A stretch of 64,000 bases of DNA from an uncultured Fibrobacterota bacterium (GTDB lineage Bacteria; Fibrobacterota; Chitinivibrionia; Chitinivibrionales; FEN-1185): the NCBI GenBank assembly GCA_963729895.1, contig CAVSQB010000026.1, forward strand, positions 111,881 through 175,880, written 5' to 3'. The stretch's first letter is position 1. Each line of letters begins with the position of its first letter. Positions 27,779 to 38,081 of this stretch are shown here, one piece after another. The notes beneath the pieces were generated by a model, which was not told where the DNA came from, ran no database searches, and saw only the letters and a program-made list of their open reading frames with translations. The position numbers and the translations under genes are program-made.

Positions 27779-28890
27779 CCGCGCCTTCACACAAAGCAGT
27801 GATTCTCGAAGAAGGCGGCATCCTCTGCGGACTGGGCTCGCTTGAGGAAACGGTTACCGACCTGTTCGACGGGGCGAGCGCCATCGTGCCCGGCCCGTGC
27901 TTCGGCGTGCCCGCGGCATACGTGCCGTTCAAGGACCCATCCTGGCGAGGCCTTGCAACGGCCGCGGAAACGCTTGCGCCCTGCATCGACACATCCGGCC
28001 TTGACAAAAATACAACGGCATTTATTTTCTGCGCGGCAAAAGGGGATATTTCCGGGCTCGAGAAATTCTGCGAATCGGGCGCGCCGCCGGACGCGTTTTT
28101 GCCGTTGCTTTCGTCGCAGGCAGACTATGCGAAAAAGGTTTTGGGCGTCCCCGCCTGCCGCACCATCGTAATCTCGGACGCGTGCGCATCCGGCGCAACG
28201 GGCGTGGAAATCGGCCGCGAGATGCTCGTGTCGGGCCGCGCTTCAGCGGTGGCGTTGTTCGGCTTCGACGGCATTTCGCGTTTCGTGGCAACCGGGTTCC
28301 ATGCGCTGTCGGCGCTCTCGTCCGCGGGCGCGCGGCCGTTCGACGCGGCCCGCGACGGCCTTACCATGGGCGACGGCGCGGCAATCGCCTTGTTGACATT
28401 TCGCGAGCCCTTTGCAGACGACATCGTCGTCGCCGGGGCGGGAAGCTCGAACGACGCCAACCACCGCACCGGGCCGTCGCGTACCGGCGACGGGCTCTTC
28501 CGCGCCGCCAAAGCCGCGCTTTCCGACGCGGGAATGCCGCCAGGCGATATCGGCAGCGTCAAATGCCACGGCACAGCCACCGCCTATAACGATGCCATGG
28601 AGGCAAAGGCGATTGCACGCCTGTTCGGCGACGAAATTCCTCCTTGCTTTTCGGTAAAAGGCGCACTTGGCCATACCAGCGGCGCGGGATCGCTTCTGGA
28701 AATCTGCGTCGCGTCCGAATGCCTGCGCCGCAGGCTCGTGCCGCCCACCGCCGGATTCTCGGCGCATGGTGTGGACGAACCCATCCCGGTGTCTGCATCG
28801 TCCCAGTTGCCAAAGAAGAATTCGATGCTGTGCCTTTCGGCCGGGTTCGGCGGCATCAATGCCGCCGTGGTGCTTGTGGAGGCGCAATGA
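27775..28890 (+). CDS. Beta-ketoacyl-ACP synthase
   Basis: DACASG, HGTAT.YND, KGALGHT, GFGG.N (Cys-His-His triad); GTGA overlap. Confidence 0.9.
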   Translation: MTAPSHKAVILEEGGILCGLGSLEETVTDLFDGASAIVPGPCFGVPAAYVPFKDPSWRGLATAAETLAPCIDTSGLDKNTTAFIFCAAKGDISGLEKFCESGAPPDAFLPLLSSQADYAKKVLGVPACRTIVISDACASGATGVEIGREMLVSGRASAVALFGFDGISRFVATGFHALSALSSAGARPFDAARDGLTMGDGAAIALLTFREPFADDIVVAGAGSSNDANHRTGPSRTGDGLFRAAKAALSDAGMPPGDIGSVKCHGTATAYNDAMEAKAIARLFGDEIPPCFSVKGALGHTSGAGSLLEICVASECLRRRLVPPTAGFSAHGVDEPIPVSASSQLPKKNSMLCLSAGFGGINAAVVLVEAQ

Positions 28891-29666
28891 AAAGGCGCAT
28901 CGTTATCGATTCATTCGGCGCAGTGCTTCCCGAGGGCATTGCGGGACCTTCGGGCACGCAGCCGTGGGACGCCGGTCAGGCCGGTCCCCGCGACGTCCGC
29001 CGGGACCAGGTACTGGATAAACCGTACGTGAATTTCGGCAAGCTCATGCTTCCCGACAGGCTTGCGTTCTGCGCGGCAGCGGCGGCCCTTTCCCGTTATG
29101 TGATTGCCGACGGTCAAACGGCGGCAATCACTCTCGGCATTTCCGCGGGCTCGCTTTCCACCGACCTGCGGTACCTCGAATCGGTGCGTGCAGGTTTTCC
29201 CAGCCCCGCTGTCTTTTCCGCAACGCTCCCGTCGTCGGCCATCGCCGATATCGCCATTTACTTCGGCCTCAAAGGGCCCAACAGGGTGGTTGCCGGCAAC
29301 GTCGCAAGCGGCCTTACCGCGCTGGAACTTGCCGTGTCATTGCTCGAAACCGGCAAGGCGGCGTGCGCGCTTTCTCTATCTGTAAATGCGGTTGAAGCTG
29401 CGGACGCGGACAGTCCCCTGTTCGATCCAGCGGCAGACCGCACCTGCCGCGCCTGCGCGTTTCTCCTGACAACTATGCCGCAGCCGGGCGGGCTCGGCAT
29501 GGAGATGGAGGCGTCGTTTGCATCCGGGGACAATGGGGCGGCGCACGCATGCGACGAATTATATTTCACAGACCTTGTCCGGCTCTTGACCGCACAGCAA
29601 AGCGGACGCGTCGTTGCAGTATCATGCGACGTGGCTTCAACGCTCTCTCTTTCAAAGGGACCGTAA
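28887..29666 (+). CDS. KS N-terminal-like chain-length-factor protein
   Basis: SPAVFSATLPS, truncated KS fold without the catalytic triad. Confidence 0.75.
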   Translation: MKRRIVIDSFGAVLPEGIAGPSGTQPWDAGQAGPRDVRRDQVLDKPYVNFGKLMLPDRLAFCAAAAALSRYVIADGQTAAITLGISAGSLSTDLRYLESVRAGFPSPAVFSATLPSSAIADIAIYFGLKGPNRVVAGNVASGLTALELAVSLLETGKAACALSLSVNAVEAADADSPLFDPAADRTCRACAFLLTTMPQPGGLGMEMEASFASGDNGAAHACDELYFTDLVRLLTAQQSGRVVAVSCDVASTLSLSKGP

Positions 29667-29926
29667 TGGAAACTCTGATCGACACCCTCAAGAGCCAGAT
29701 AGTAACGGCCCTCAAATTGTCTGACGTCAAGCCCCAGGACATCGACCCCGACGCGCCCCTGGTCGGCGGCGGGCTGGGCCTCGACTCCATCGACACGCTC
29801 GAATTGCTCGTACTTCTCGAAAAGGAATACGGGGTAACAATCCCCGATGTGAAGGTCGGCAGGCAGGTGTTCGCCTCGGTACGCGCGCTCGCCGGCTACA
29901 TCCAGAACAACCGTTCCAAAGGGTGA
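29666..29926 (+). CDS. Acyl carrier protein
   Basis: GLGLDSIDTLEL phosphopantetheine site. Confidence 0.93.
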   Translation: METLIDTLKSQIVTALKLSDVKPQDIDPDAPLVGGGLGLDSIDTLELLVLLEKEYGVTIPDVKVGRQVFASVRALAGYIQNNRSKG

Positions 29927-29957
29927 TCGTCTTCTGGCTGCACTCCCTCTCATCGGC

Positions 29958-31100
29958 ATGGGTGCCATCTGCACCGCGGGTTCTGGCGTGCGCGCCGGAT
30001 GCGACGCGGTGTTCCAAGGAAAAGATTGCCTCACTCCTTTGTCTCTTTTCGAAAGCGGACTCAAGGCCCCGCCGCTGTGCGGCCAGGTGGCCGGCCTTTC
30101 CGACGAATTCGCCTCGCCCACCAGGACCATCGCGCTCGCCTGCAGCGCCGCACGTGAAGCGCTCTCTGTTGTAAAGAACCGCCGGGGCCTGTCGATAGGC
30201 CTCGTTTTCGCCACCACCGTGGGCGGCATCTCGCGGTCGGAACTGTTCTACCGGGCGTACCGCACCGATCCGGCCGTGGCGTCACGCGCGGCCGGAGAAC
30301 TTGCTTTTCACGAACCGTGCGCCGCCTCGGGTTTTGTGTGCCGCGCGTTCGGGCTGGCCGGCTTTGTCACCCTGTCTACCGCCTGTTCCACCGGGCTTCA
30401 CGCAGTGGGAACGGCAAAGCGTCTCGTGGAGCAGGGCGCGTTCGACGCGTGCCTCGCCGTGGGTGCCGACGCGCTCGCCCTGCTCACCATCCGGGGATTT
30501 TCGAGCCTCATGCTCATCGACCCCACGGGATGCAAACCGTTTGACGGCCGCAGGGCTGGTACGAGCCTCGGCGAAGGCGCGGCCGCGATGCTTGTCGCAT
30601 CGGAAAAGACGGCGGCCGCGTTCGGCGCCATGCCCCTTGTCCGTATCTCCGGATGGGGCGCCTCGGCCGACTGCCACCACATGACCGCGCCGCATCCCGA
30701 GGGAGTCGGCGCCCAAAAAGCCATCGCCGCCGCGCTTGCGGAAGCGGAAGTCTCGCCCGCCGATATCGGCGCCGTAGCCACCCACGGCACGGCAACTCCG
30801 GACAACGACAGGTCGGAGATCGCAGCACTCAGGGCCGTTTTCGGCCGGGTCCCTCCTTTTTTCTCTGTGAAACGGACGCTGGGCCACACGCTTGCCGCGT
30901 CGGGAATACTCGAGGCGGTGTTCGCGGTGCGCGCGATGCAGGACGGCATCGTCCCTCCCACGGCGGGATTCGAACAGGCCGATCCGGCCATCGGCCTGGC
31001 CCCGTCGAACTTTTTACGGACACCCATGCGCCATATTCTCAAGAATTCGTTCGGTTTCGGGGGTAACAACGCCTCTGCCGTTTTTTCGCTTGATGCATAG
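29958..31100 (+). CDS. Beta-ketoacyl-ACP synthase (start may lie slightly upstream)
   Basis: STACSTG, HGTATPDND, LGHTLAASG, KNSFGFGGNN. Confidence 0.92.
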   Translation: MGAICTAGSGVRAGCDAVFQGKDCLTPLSLFESGLKAPPLCGQVAGLSDEFASPTRTIALACSAAREALSVVKNRRGLSIGLVFATTVGGISRSELFYRAYRTDPAVASRAAGELAFHEPCAASGFVCRAFGLAGFVTLSTACSTGLHAVGTAKRLVEQGAFDACLAVGADALALLTIRGFSSLMLIDPTGCKPFDGRRAGTSLGEGAAAMLVASEKTAAAFGAMPLVRISGWGASADCHHMTAPHPEGVGAQKAIAAALAEAEVSPADIGAVATHGTATPDNDRSEIAALRAVFGRVPPFFSVKRTLGHTLAASGILEAVFAVRAMQDGIVPPTAGFEQADPAIGLAPSNFLRTPMRHILKNSFGFGGNNASAVFSLDA

Positions 31101-31109
31101 GATTTTCAC

Positions 31110-31910
31110 ATGATGAGTGCCCTTAACATTCGCGGATACAGCGCGGCGATTCCGGGTGCGGACGGTGCGTGGCAGGCCGAACTACCCGCGCACATAAAGC
31201 GCCGCGACCCGCGCATCTGGACCATGGCCTATGCTGCAACGGCCCGGCTGCTCAAAACGATTTCGGAAAAGCCGCGTTCCCTGTGCGTCGGCACCGCCCT
31301 GGGCGCTCTTGACGAAACCAAGAACTTCCTTGACGGCGTATTCAAGGACGGGTTCGGCTCTCCCAGGAATTTCATAGCGTCGGTGCACAACAGCATGGCC
31401 GGGAAACTCGCGCTCGAGTTTTCCATAGACGGTCCCAACCTGACCCTGTGCGACGGCCAGAATTCATTCGCCTCGGCGCTTGCCGTGTGCGGCCTTTTGC
31501 CCGGCGACTCGTTCCCGTGCCTTGTGGTGGCGGTGGACGAAGCCGTTCCATTATTGCAAGAACTGGCCCCGCATTTGTCGATAGAGTGCCAAACAGGAAC
31601 TGCCGCCATGGGCGAGGAAGGCGCGGTTGCCCTGCTTCTCGACAGGAGTTCCCCGGCATGCCTTCCCGCGATCCGGGCCGTTACGCCGACGCCCGTCGGC
31701 CCGCACACTCCCGAAGCGTGCGCTGCCGCGCTTGCGGAATCGTTCGGCGCCAAAGCCGCAGCGGTGCGGCCGCTGGAAGACTGCCGATCGTTTTTGAGCG
31801 CCGCCCTTCAGGTGCACGCAGTCCTTGGTTCCGCCGGTCCGGGAACATTCATTGTTCCGTCTTATTCACCTTCGTCAATGGCCTGCGCGGCCATCGAGGT
31901 AACCGTATGA
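31110..31910 (+). CDS. Beta-ketoacyl synthase chain-length factor
   Basis: GTALG, SPRNFIASVHNSMAG. Confidence 0.78.
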   Translation: MMSALNIRGYSAAIPGADGAWQAELPAHIKRRDPRIWTMAYAATARLLKTISEKPRSLCVGTALGALDETKNFLDGVFKDGFGSPRNFIASVHNSMAGKLALEFSIDGPNLTLCDGQNSFASALAVCGLLPGDSFPCLVVAVDEAVPLLQELAPHLSIECQTGTAAMGEEGAVALLLDRSSPACLPAIRAVTPTPVGPHTPEACAAALAESFGAKAAAVRPLEDCRSFLSAALQVHAVLGSAGPGTFIVPSYSPSSMACAAIEVTV

Positions 31911-32710
31911 CAACGCTTGGATTCTGGCTCGTCTCCCTTGCAGGTCTCGCCATCGCGTTTTTGGTCCTGCCCGAGGTGCGTTCCATTGTGGCCATGCTGG
32001 CCGTCCCCTACGTCGCGGTGTTTGTGTGGGGCATCTTCGACCTGCGGAGCAATTTCTTTGTCCGCGCATTCATCCGCAACAAGGCAGAGCCCAGGGCTAT
32101 CGGCCTCACGTTCGATGACGGTCCCGACGAAAACCTAACAAACGACATTCTTGACCTGCTCAAACGTTTCGGGTTTAGTGCGACCTTTTTTGTGGTGGGA
32201 AAACGGGCGGAAGCGAATCCCGGCATCGTGAAGCGCATGCTTTCCGAAGGCAATGTCGTTGCATGTCACGACCTCACCCACTCGCTCGCGTCAAATTTCC
32301 GCTTCTCGGGAGCGATGGTGCGCGACATTGGGGCCGCGCAGGCCATTGTCCTCGCCATCATAGGGGCAAAACCACTGTTGTACAGGCCGCCCGTGGGACT
32401 TGCCAACCCGCACCTCGGCCGCGCGCTTGCCCGGCTTTCCATGGCCTGCGTCGGCTGGAGCAGGAGCGCCCGGGACGGCGGCAATAGACAACCGGGAGGC
32501 ATCCGAAGGATTTCGGCCCTTGCGGTGCGCGCCGGCGACGTCGTCCTGCTGCACGATTGTCTGCCCAAACCGGAGTACAAGAAGGAAATCCTGGAGCAGC
32601 TTGAAGCACTTTTTGAGAAAGTAAAGAAGGCCGGGCTCGAACCTGTGGGAATAAACGAGTTGTTTGATTGTGCTGGCTATGCGATGCCGAAGAAAGAAGA
32701 GAAGAACTGA
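31907..32710 (+). CDS. Membrane-anchored polysaccharide deacetylase (NodB-like)
   Basis: N-terminal TM segments, LTFDDGP, ATFFVVG, YRPPVG, VLLHD. Confidence 0.88.
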   Translation: MTTLGFWLVSLAGLAIAFLVLPEVRSIVAMLAVPYVAVFVWGIFDLRSNFFVRAFIRNKAEPRAIGLTFDDGPDENLTNDILDLLKRFGFSATFFVVGKRAEANPGIVKRMLSEGNVVACHDLTHSLASNFRFSGAMVRDIGAAQAIVLAIIGAKPLLYRPPVGLANPHLGRALARLSMACVGWSRSARDGGNRQPGGIRRISALAVRAGDVVLLHDCLPKPEYKKEILEQLEALFEKVKKAGLEPVGINELFDCAGYAMPKKEEKN

Positions 32711-32770
32711 TCGAACGTGAACGCCGGACGAACCCTGCGCCGTGCGGTTCCAATTCCGGCGCCACCCCTC

Positions 32771-33787
32771 CTACTTTCCAACCCCAACGCTGTCTTTCTT
32801 TACCGCAGTAGTATCTGTCAATGCCTTTCCCGGCCCCTCGCTTATTCCCGTTCGGGATGAATCGGGCGCCGCCGCGGGCCTGCCCTCGATCATCCCTTGT
32901 CTTTCCGGAGCCGTTGGGACATTCCGTTTCGGCAGGGCCGCATTATACTTTTCAATCGCCTTGTTTCTTATCACCGATGAAACCACCGCGGTAACAATGC
33001 TGAACGCGGTCAGACTGACGCCGATGGTAAGGTTGAGGTCACGCGCTTTCTTATCTATTGCAAACGAAGTATCCCCGAAATATTCCTGCAGGTAGGAGAT
33101 GAGGGCAAGGCCCAGGAAAGTGCCGGCCCATGCGCCGGCCTGGATGCCGGTTTCCCTGAAAACCGCGGACCACACGGAGCGGGCGCGCGATGCGGGCTGG
33201 TCCATGAGTACGCCGTACAAGACGGGTTCGGAAAAACCCAGTCCGCCTTGCGTGTAGGCGCCATAGCCCTTCTTTTCGATGCGCAGGTCCGGCTCGGCGT
33301 CCTTGGAGAACTTCTTCATCGCCGAGGCGTTATAGGCAAGCGCACCCTCATGCAGCAGGTAGTCTGAGCGGTCGTACAGTCTCGACTGGACAAACGATGC
33401 CGCCTCGGTGCCGATCGTGAGCGGGATAGTGAATTTGTAAAGGCTGTTGCTGAAGGGCTCCTTTCTTCCGGTGGTGTCGATACTGATGCTCTGGTTCTTG
33501 ATTGCCTCAAGGACCTGGTTGATTTCATAGGCGAATATCCCGAGGTTGACGCACCACAGTGTGGCGCCGATTGCGTGCCCGCTCCATTTGTAGCCGAGGG
33601 AACGGTCCGCCAAGCCGGCGCTGGTGTCCTGCTTGAGCAAAAACCTCTCAACCCGGAAGCGGCTCACCGGACGGCCGGCCTGTAAAAAATGCCCTTCAAT
33701 CGGCAGAGAATCGGAAAGAGGGGCAGCAGCTGCGCATGCTGCAAGAAGCGGCAGGTACATGAACAGTACGCGTTTGAATGGGATCAT
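32771..33787 (-). CDS. Hypothetical exported/membrane protein with an internal two-fold repeat
   Basis: Signal peptide; two similar halves ending GALAYNA and AIEKYNA. Confidence 0.7.
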   Translation of the reverse strand: MIPFKRVLFMYLPLLAACAAAAPLSDSLPIEGHFLQAGRPVSRFRVERFLLKQDTSAGLADRSLGYKWSGHAIGATLWCVNLGIFAYEINQVLEAIKNQSISIDTTGRKEPFSNSLYKFTIPLTIGTEAASFVQSRLYDRSDYLLHEGALAYNASAMKKFSKDAEPDLRIEKKGYGAYTQGGLGFSEPVLYGVLMDQPASRARSVWSAVFRETGIQAGAWAGTFLGLALISYLQEYFGDTSFAIDKKARDLNLTIGVSLTAFSIVTAVVSSVIRNKAIEKYNAALPKRNVPTAPERQGMIEGRPAAAPDSSRTGISEGPGKALTDTTAVKKDSVGVGK

Positions 33788-33873
33788 AAGGATTGCCCGA
33801 ACCGTCCTCAGTTGAGAATATACACGTGACGCCTTGAAATTTAACTAAATTCCGCACTTTTTCAGGCTGTTTT

Positions 33874-33981
33874 GTCGATTTGCACGCGCTCGGAAAAGAC
33901 GGAAATCCGGACATCAAGAAGATAAAAGCGTTGATCTTTGATCCTGCAGACCGCGGCTTCTATGGAGTTGCCCTTGTCTAG
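33874..33981 (+). pseudogene. C-terminal remnant of a flavoredoxin/flavin reductase gene
   Basis: Translates VDLHALGKDGNPDIKKIKALIFDPADRGFYGV, resembling flavoredoxin C-termini; the N-terminal part is absent. Confidence 0.45.
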
Positions 33982-34087
33982 GTGACGCATTTTCGGAAGG
34001 CAAGAAGACCGAAAAATAGGAAGGCGAAGTGAACGACTATCTGTTTTGATTCAATTCTTCTCAGTGGTGTGTCGAATATTCTTCAAT

Positions 34088-34732
34088 CTATTCGGCAAGC
34101 CTAGCGCCCATTTCAAAGGCCTTCTGGCAATCCTTTGGAAATACCTCCTTGTGCCGCTTAGTTTTGGCTTCAGCATCGAAAGCTGAGGCCATATACTTGG
34201 AATAGTCTTCAAATTGATACGTATCGGTAGCTAGCAGCGACTCTGATGGCCCTCCAAAAATCCTGTTCATGATCGATTCCATCAATTTGAATTGTTGGTC
34301 CCATCCCATTTCTTTGATCCTGCTTTCCGGTGCACCCATGGTATAAATGAATCCTGTCGGTATCTTCTTCTTGAACAGAGATGAACGTTCCCGATCATAC
34401 ACAGAGTAGGGAAACATAAGACGTTCCAAAAATGACCTCATTATGCCGGTTGCCGCTCCAAAGTAGATGGGAGAGCCAAGGATTATTGCATCGGCTTCTT
34501 CAACTCGGCCCAAGAAGGGTGTTAGCTCATCTTTGACAACGCACTTGCCATAACTCTTGCCGCCTTTCAGTTTGCACGAAAAGCAACTCTCACAACCTTT
34601 GTAATTGAGATCGTAAAGCTGGGTAAGTTCCGTCTCCGCACCTTTTGAAACTGCGCCTTCCATCGCCTTGTTCAATAAGGTTGCCGTATTCCAGGATCTT
34701 CGAGGACTGCCGCTGAATACCATTACCTTCAT
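34088..34732 (-). CDS. Flavodoxin-family / NADPH-dependent FMN reductase (iron-sulfur flavoprotein type)
   Basis: GSPRRSWNT, GCESCFSCK..C, GSPIYFG. Confidence 0.9.
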   Translation of the reverse strand: MKVMVFSGSPRRSWNTATLLNKAMEGAVSKGAETELTQLYDLNYKGCESCFSCKLKGGKSYGKCVVKDELTPFLGRVEEADAIILGSPIYFGAATGIMRSFLERLMFPYSVYDRERSSLFKKKIPTGFIYTMGAPESRIKEMGWDQQFKLMESIMNRIFGGPSESLLATDTYQFEDYSKYMASAFDAEAKTKRHKEVFPKDCQKAFEMGARLAE

Positions 34733-34794
34733 AAACTGTACCTCCCGTTGCAGATACCGATTTGTTTACTAGCCAAACATCGCTTTTGTTTCCT

Positions 34795-35938
34795 CTATTC
34801 CTTGAATAACGAAACCGCTTCTTTTATGAGTGATGATATAGGAAGCTCCTGTGGACAGACCTGCTCGCACGCCTTGCACTCGGTGCATTTGCTTGCTTTG
34901 CCGTCTATGCGGAGGTAACCAGCAAGCCATGGATTCGGGTCATTCCAGATCGCGGCGGTATTGAGGGCAGCCAGAACACCGGGGATATCAACTCCGGATG
35001 TGCATGGCATGCAATATCGGCAGGCCGTGCAATCCGCCTTTTTTCTTGTTTCCAGTGCACTTCGCAGCTTGTCAAACATCAACAATTCTTCTTTGTTAAG
35101 AGAATTCGCAAGCCCGCCGTCGGCAGCCTGAATGTTTTCAATCACCTGCTCCATGCTGTTCATGCCCGAAAGAAGACTTGATACGCCGGATTCGTTCCAA
35201 ACGAAGCGTAATGCCCATTCTGCGGGGCTCCGTTTCGTGGACGTAAGAAAGGCCGACGCCATTTCCGCAGGAAGATTCTGAGCGAGTTTGCCGCCTCTCA
35301 ACGGCTCCATCACCACCACACCCATTCCTTTTATCAGCAGCATACCTTAGGCCCTTATGTCCCGCTTGAAAAGCTACATCCATGTAGTTATACTGGATCT
35401 GCGCGTATGCCCAGTCGTATTCGCCGCATATTCGGATGAAGTCTTCAGCCTTTCCATGAAACGAAAAGGCAGGGAACCTAAACATTCCTTCGGCTTTCTT
35501 CTTATCCAAAACCTCGCGGACGCCAAGATCGCGCATCCTATTCCACGCTTCACCATCGAGGCCATGCAGGAGATAAAAGTCGAAATAACCTGTTTTCAAT
35601 CTTTCCAACTGCTCCTTCAGAAATGCATCTATCTGCTCGCGTTCCTTGATTTTAAAAACCGGCATTTTGGTGGCAAGATGAACCTTTTTCCGCCAGCTTC
35701 CTGACAACGCCTCACCCAGAAAGACTTCGCTTTCACCACGCTGAAGGAAGGCCGGCGCATGATAGAAATAGGCTGTATCAACAAAGTTGACCCCGTGGTC
35801 GATTGCATAATGAAGCAATTGGGTCGCTTTTGGAAAGTCTATCTTGTCAGCTTTGTTACCTATGGTCGGGAGCCGCATGCATCCAAATCCAAGAATCGAA
35901 AGATCAATCCCTGTTTTGCCGAGTTTCCGATAGAGCAT
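34795..35938 (-). pseudogene. Aldo/keto reductase with C-terminal 4Fe-4S dicluster, split by a +1 frameshift at ~35330
   Basis: LGFGCMRLP, DTAYFY in ORF 35138-35938; MEPLRGG, CTACRYC..C, CTECKACEQVCP in ORF 34795-35343; deleting one A of ATAAAAGG restores YAADKGMGVVVMEP. Confidence 0.85.
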
Positions 35939-36147
35939 GAAGTGTCCTTTCGGGTTCCAAATTCACAAGAAGGGCAAATATACAATCCGGCCCTTTCATC
36001 GAGGAATCCTGTGATAACCTGAGCGAATCGACCTCTCTGATCGATTGTCAGAGCCAGCGTCGGACCTGCGAGGGATTCTCCTGCAAGCAGCGGAAACTGT
36101 CGCCTCTGCACCTTCACGCCAACCGGCCTGCCGGGTGCAATTTCAGC

Positions 36148-36175
36148 AAAAAGGCCGGAAGATTCATCCCGGCCT
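36148..36175 (-). terminator. Intrinsic terminator after the NmrA-like gene
   Basis: AGGCCGG-loop-CCGGCCT followed by a T run on the minus strand. Confidence 0.6.
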
Positions 36176-36205
36176 CAGGGTCATAGTGGCGTTTAGGATT
36201 GACGC

Positions 36206-37096
36206 CTAAGCTGCTTTTTTGAAAGCTGGGGCGAATACTTCCTGGACAAATTCCCTGAAAGAAGTGGAAACGTTGGGTCGTAACGGGTCGATTAGGGTCG
36301 GATGGATCATCCCTTTTCCTATGGCAAGAGATAATTCCACAAATGAACGGGCCAAGTTATCGCTCATGCCCATACCCGTCATCGCTGCGATGGCATCTGT
36401 GTCGGAGAATTGAACATAGGGCAAGTCCGGCATCCCAAGGGCTTCGCCAATCTGTCTTGTTGCCTCTCGGTACGAGATTCGATCTCCAAACAAGTCTATG
36501 ATTGTACAACCGGTTGATAACCGCGTTACCAACAATTCTGCAGCTCTTCCTGCAATGTCCTTGGTTGCGACCATAGAGATGGGTGCGTCAGGCGGAGTGG
36601 TATTTCCGTTGATGTGTTTATCTTTTATCAGTGAAGCATTCATCAACGTGTTTTCCATGAAATACCCTGCTCTGACAATCGCCATGCTGACTTTCTTCAG
36701 CATGCCCAATTTTAATTCCATATCATGAAGCCCAATGATAGGACCAGACCCGGAATCCAGTTCCGCCCCAAGGCTTGATAAAAAGACAACTTGTTTCACC
36801 TTGGATTTCCGTATAGCCTCCACTGCAATGTTTCCCATATTGTTGTAATGCGCTCGATAATCGTTTACATCCATTCTTGGCGGAATCATCAGGTAAACGG
36901 CGTCACTTTCCTTAAAGGCCCTGCTTAAGAATGAAAAATCGCCTTGATCTCCGACGGCAATATCAGCACCCCTCTCTTTGAATACTTTGAGTCTCTCTTC
37001 AGATCTTCCAATAACGCGAATTTTTTTTCCTTTTTCGATAAGCAAATTTGCAATTTTTGATCCTGTCTTGCCTGTTGCGCCTGTAATTGTAATCAT
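36206..37096 (-). CDS. NmrA-family NAD(P)-binding protein
   Basis: ITGATGKTG Rossmann motif, LSSLGA, RAGYFMEN, VATKDIA. Confidence 0.9.
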   Translation of the reverse strand: MITITGATGKTGSKIANLLIEKGKKIRVIGRSEERLKVFKERGADIAVGDQGDFSFLSRAFKESDAVYLMIPPRMDVNDYRAHYNNMGNIAVEAIRKSKVKQVVFLSSLGAELDSGSGPIIGLHDMELKLGMLKKVSMAIVRAGYFMENTLMNASLIKDKHINGNTTPPDAPISMVATKDIAGRAAELLVTRLSTGCTIIDLFGDRISYREATRQIGEALGMPDLPYVQFSDTDAIAAMTGMGMSDNLARSFVELSLAIGKGMIHPTLIDPLRPNVSTSFREFVQEVFAPAFKKAA

Positions 37097-37208
37097 GCTT
37101 TTCCTCCTCTTGTGTTTTCTTCCCTTCCCTCTGTAATTACTCAAAAGTCCCGTCGAATTCATGCCTTAAAACAGTTCCGTTTCGTTGCTTCATCTGAATG
37201 TATTACAA

Positions 37209-37224
37209 AGCAAAGAGGATGCCG
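37209..37224 (-). promoter_or_regulatory. Putative sigma54 (-24/-12) promoter
   Basis: Minus strand CGGCATCCTCTTTGCT: GG-N10-GC with TTGC, ~110 nt upstream of the NmrA-like gene. Confidence 0.55.
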
Positions 37225-37383
37225 AAGTAGCCGCTGACAAGTTCAGCTTCATAAGAGAAGATGGAGCAATAATTGCTGTTCTATTTTGTGGTTGCCAAGG
37301 GTGATTCGTAACCAAAGAAGTGATTTTGAGCTAGGAAGAGTGCATTTCGGGCAGCTGAACACCCTGGCAAGGAGGGCACGAAA

Positions 37384-37752
37384 ATGAGTCATAAGCTTAA
37401 GGTTGTAGTAGTGGACGATGAAAAACAAATCACCGAACTTCTGGCGAGTTTCTTGCCGCTAGTAGGCCAGGCAGTGGAAGTCCGCACATTCAATGACTCG
37501 ATTGTTGCAAAGGAGTTTATTGCCCACAACCCCGTGGACCTGCTCATAACCGATTATAAGATGCCGCAATTCGATGGGCTCCAGCTTATTGAGTCAGCTC
37601 CGCCACAAGTGAGAAAAGTCATGCTTTCCGGCTATCTTTCGGAGATTGCCCAAGACAAACTGCGTGCACCTAACACCACATTTTTCGAGAAGCCCGTACC
37701 GTTGCGTGCCCTTGCAAAGGTTATTTCGGAGCAACAGAAACAAATCCAGTGA
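37384..37752 (+). CDS. Single-domain response regulator
   Basis: VVVDDE, ITDYKMP..DG, KP. Confidence 0.85.
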   Translation: MSHKLKVVVVDDEKQITELLASFLPLVGQAVEVRTFNDSIVAKEFIAHNPVDLLITDYKMPQFDGLQLIESAPPQVRKVMLSGYLSEIAQDKLRAPNTTFFEKPVPLRALAKVISEQQKQIQ

Positions 37753-38081
37753 TGCGACAATCGAAATTGCCTCAACGGACGTCAAACATTTGAGGAAATT
37801 TTAAGGGATGGTTGGAGCTGTCGTCATAGTGTTCGGGATATACCGTACAGGGGGCAGATTAGTCAAACGAGAGCTGCCGAAATTGTCAGGATGGACAGGA
37901 CGGCAGCAGGGCCTTTGCCGTGGTCCGCAGCCGTGAAGAAACCACCGGAAGAAATGTGCCCGCATACATCTGCCGCAGTTTATCTTAGAGCTTATTCGCT
38001 GGGCGGCGCACGCTACCGGAGTGAAGGGACTGCGGGTGCCTTACCGGACATGAAGGACGAAACCGAACTCAGGATTCCCGA

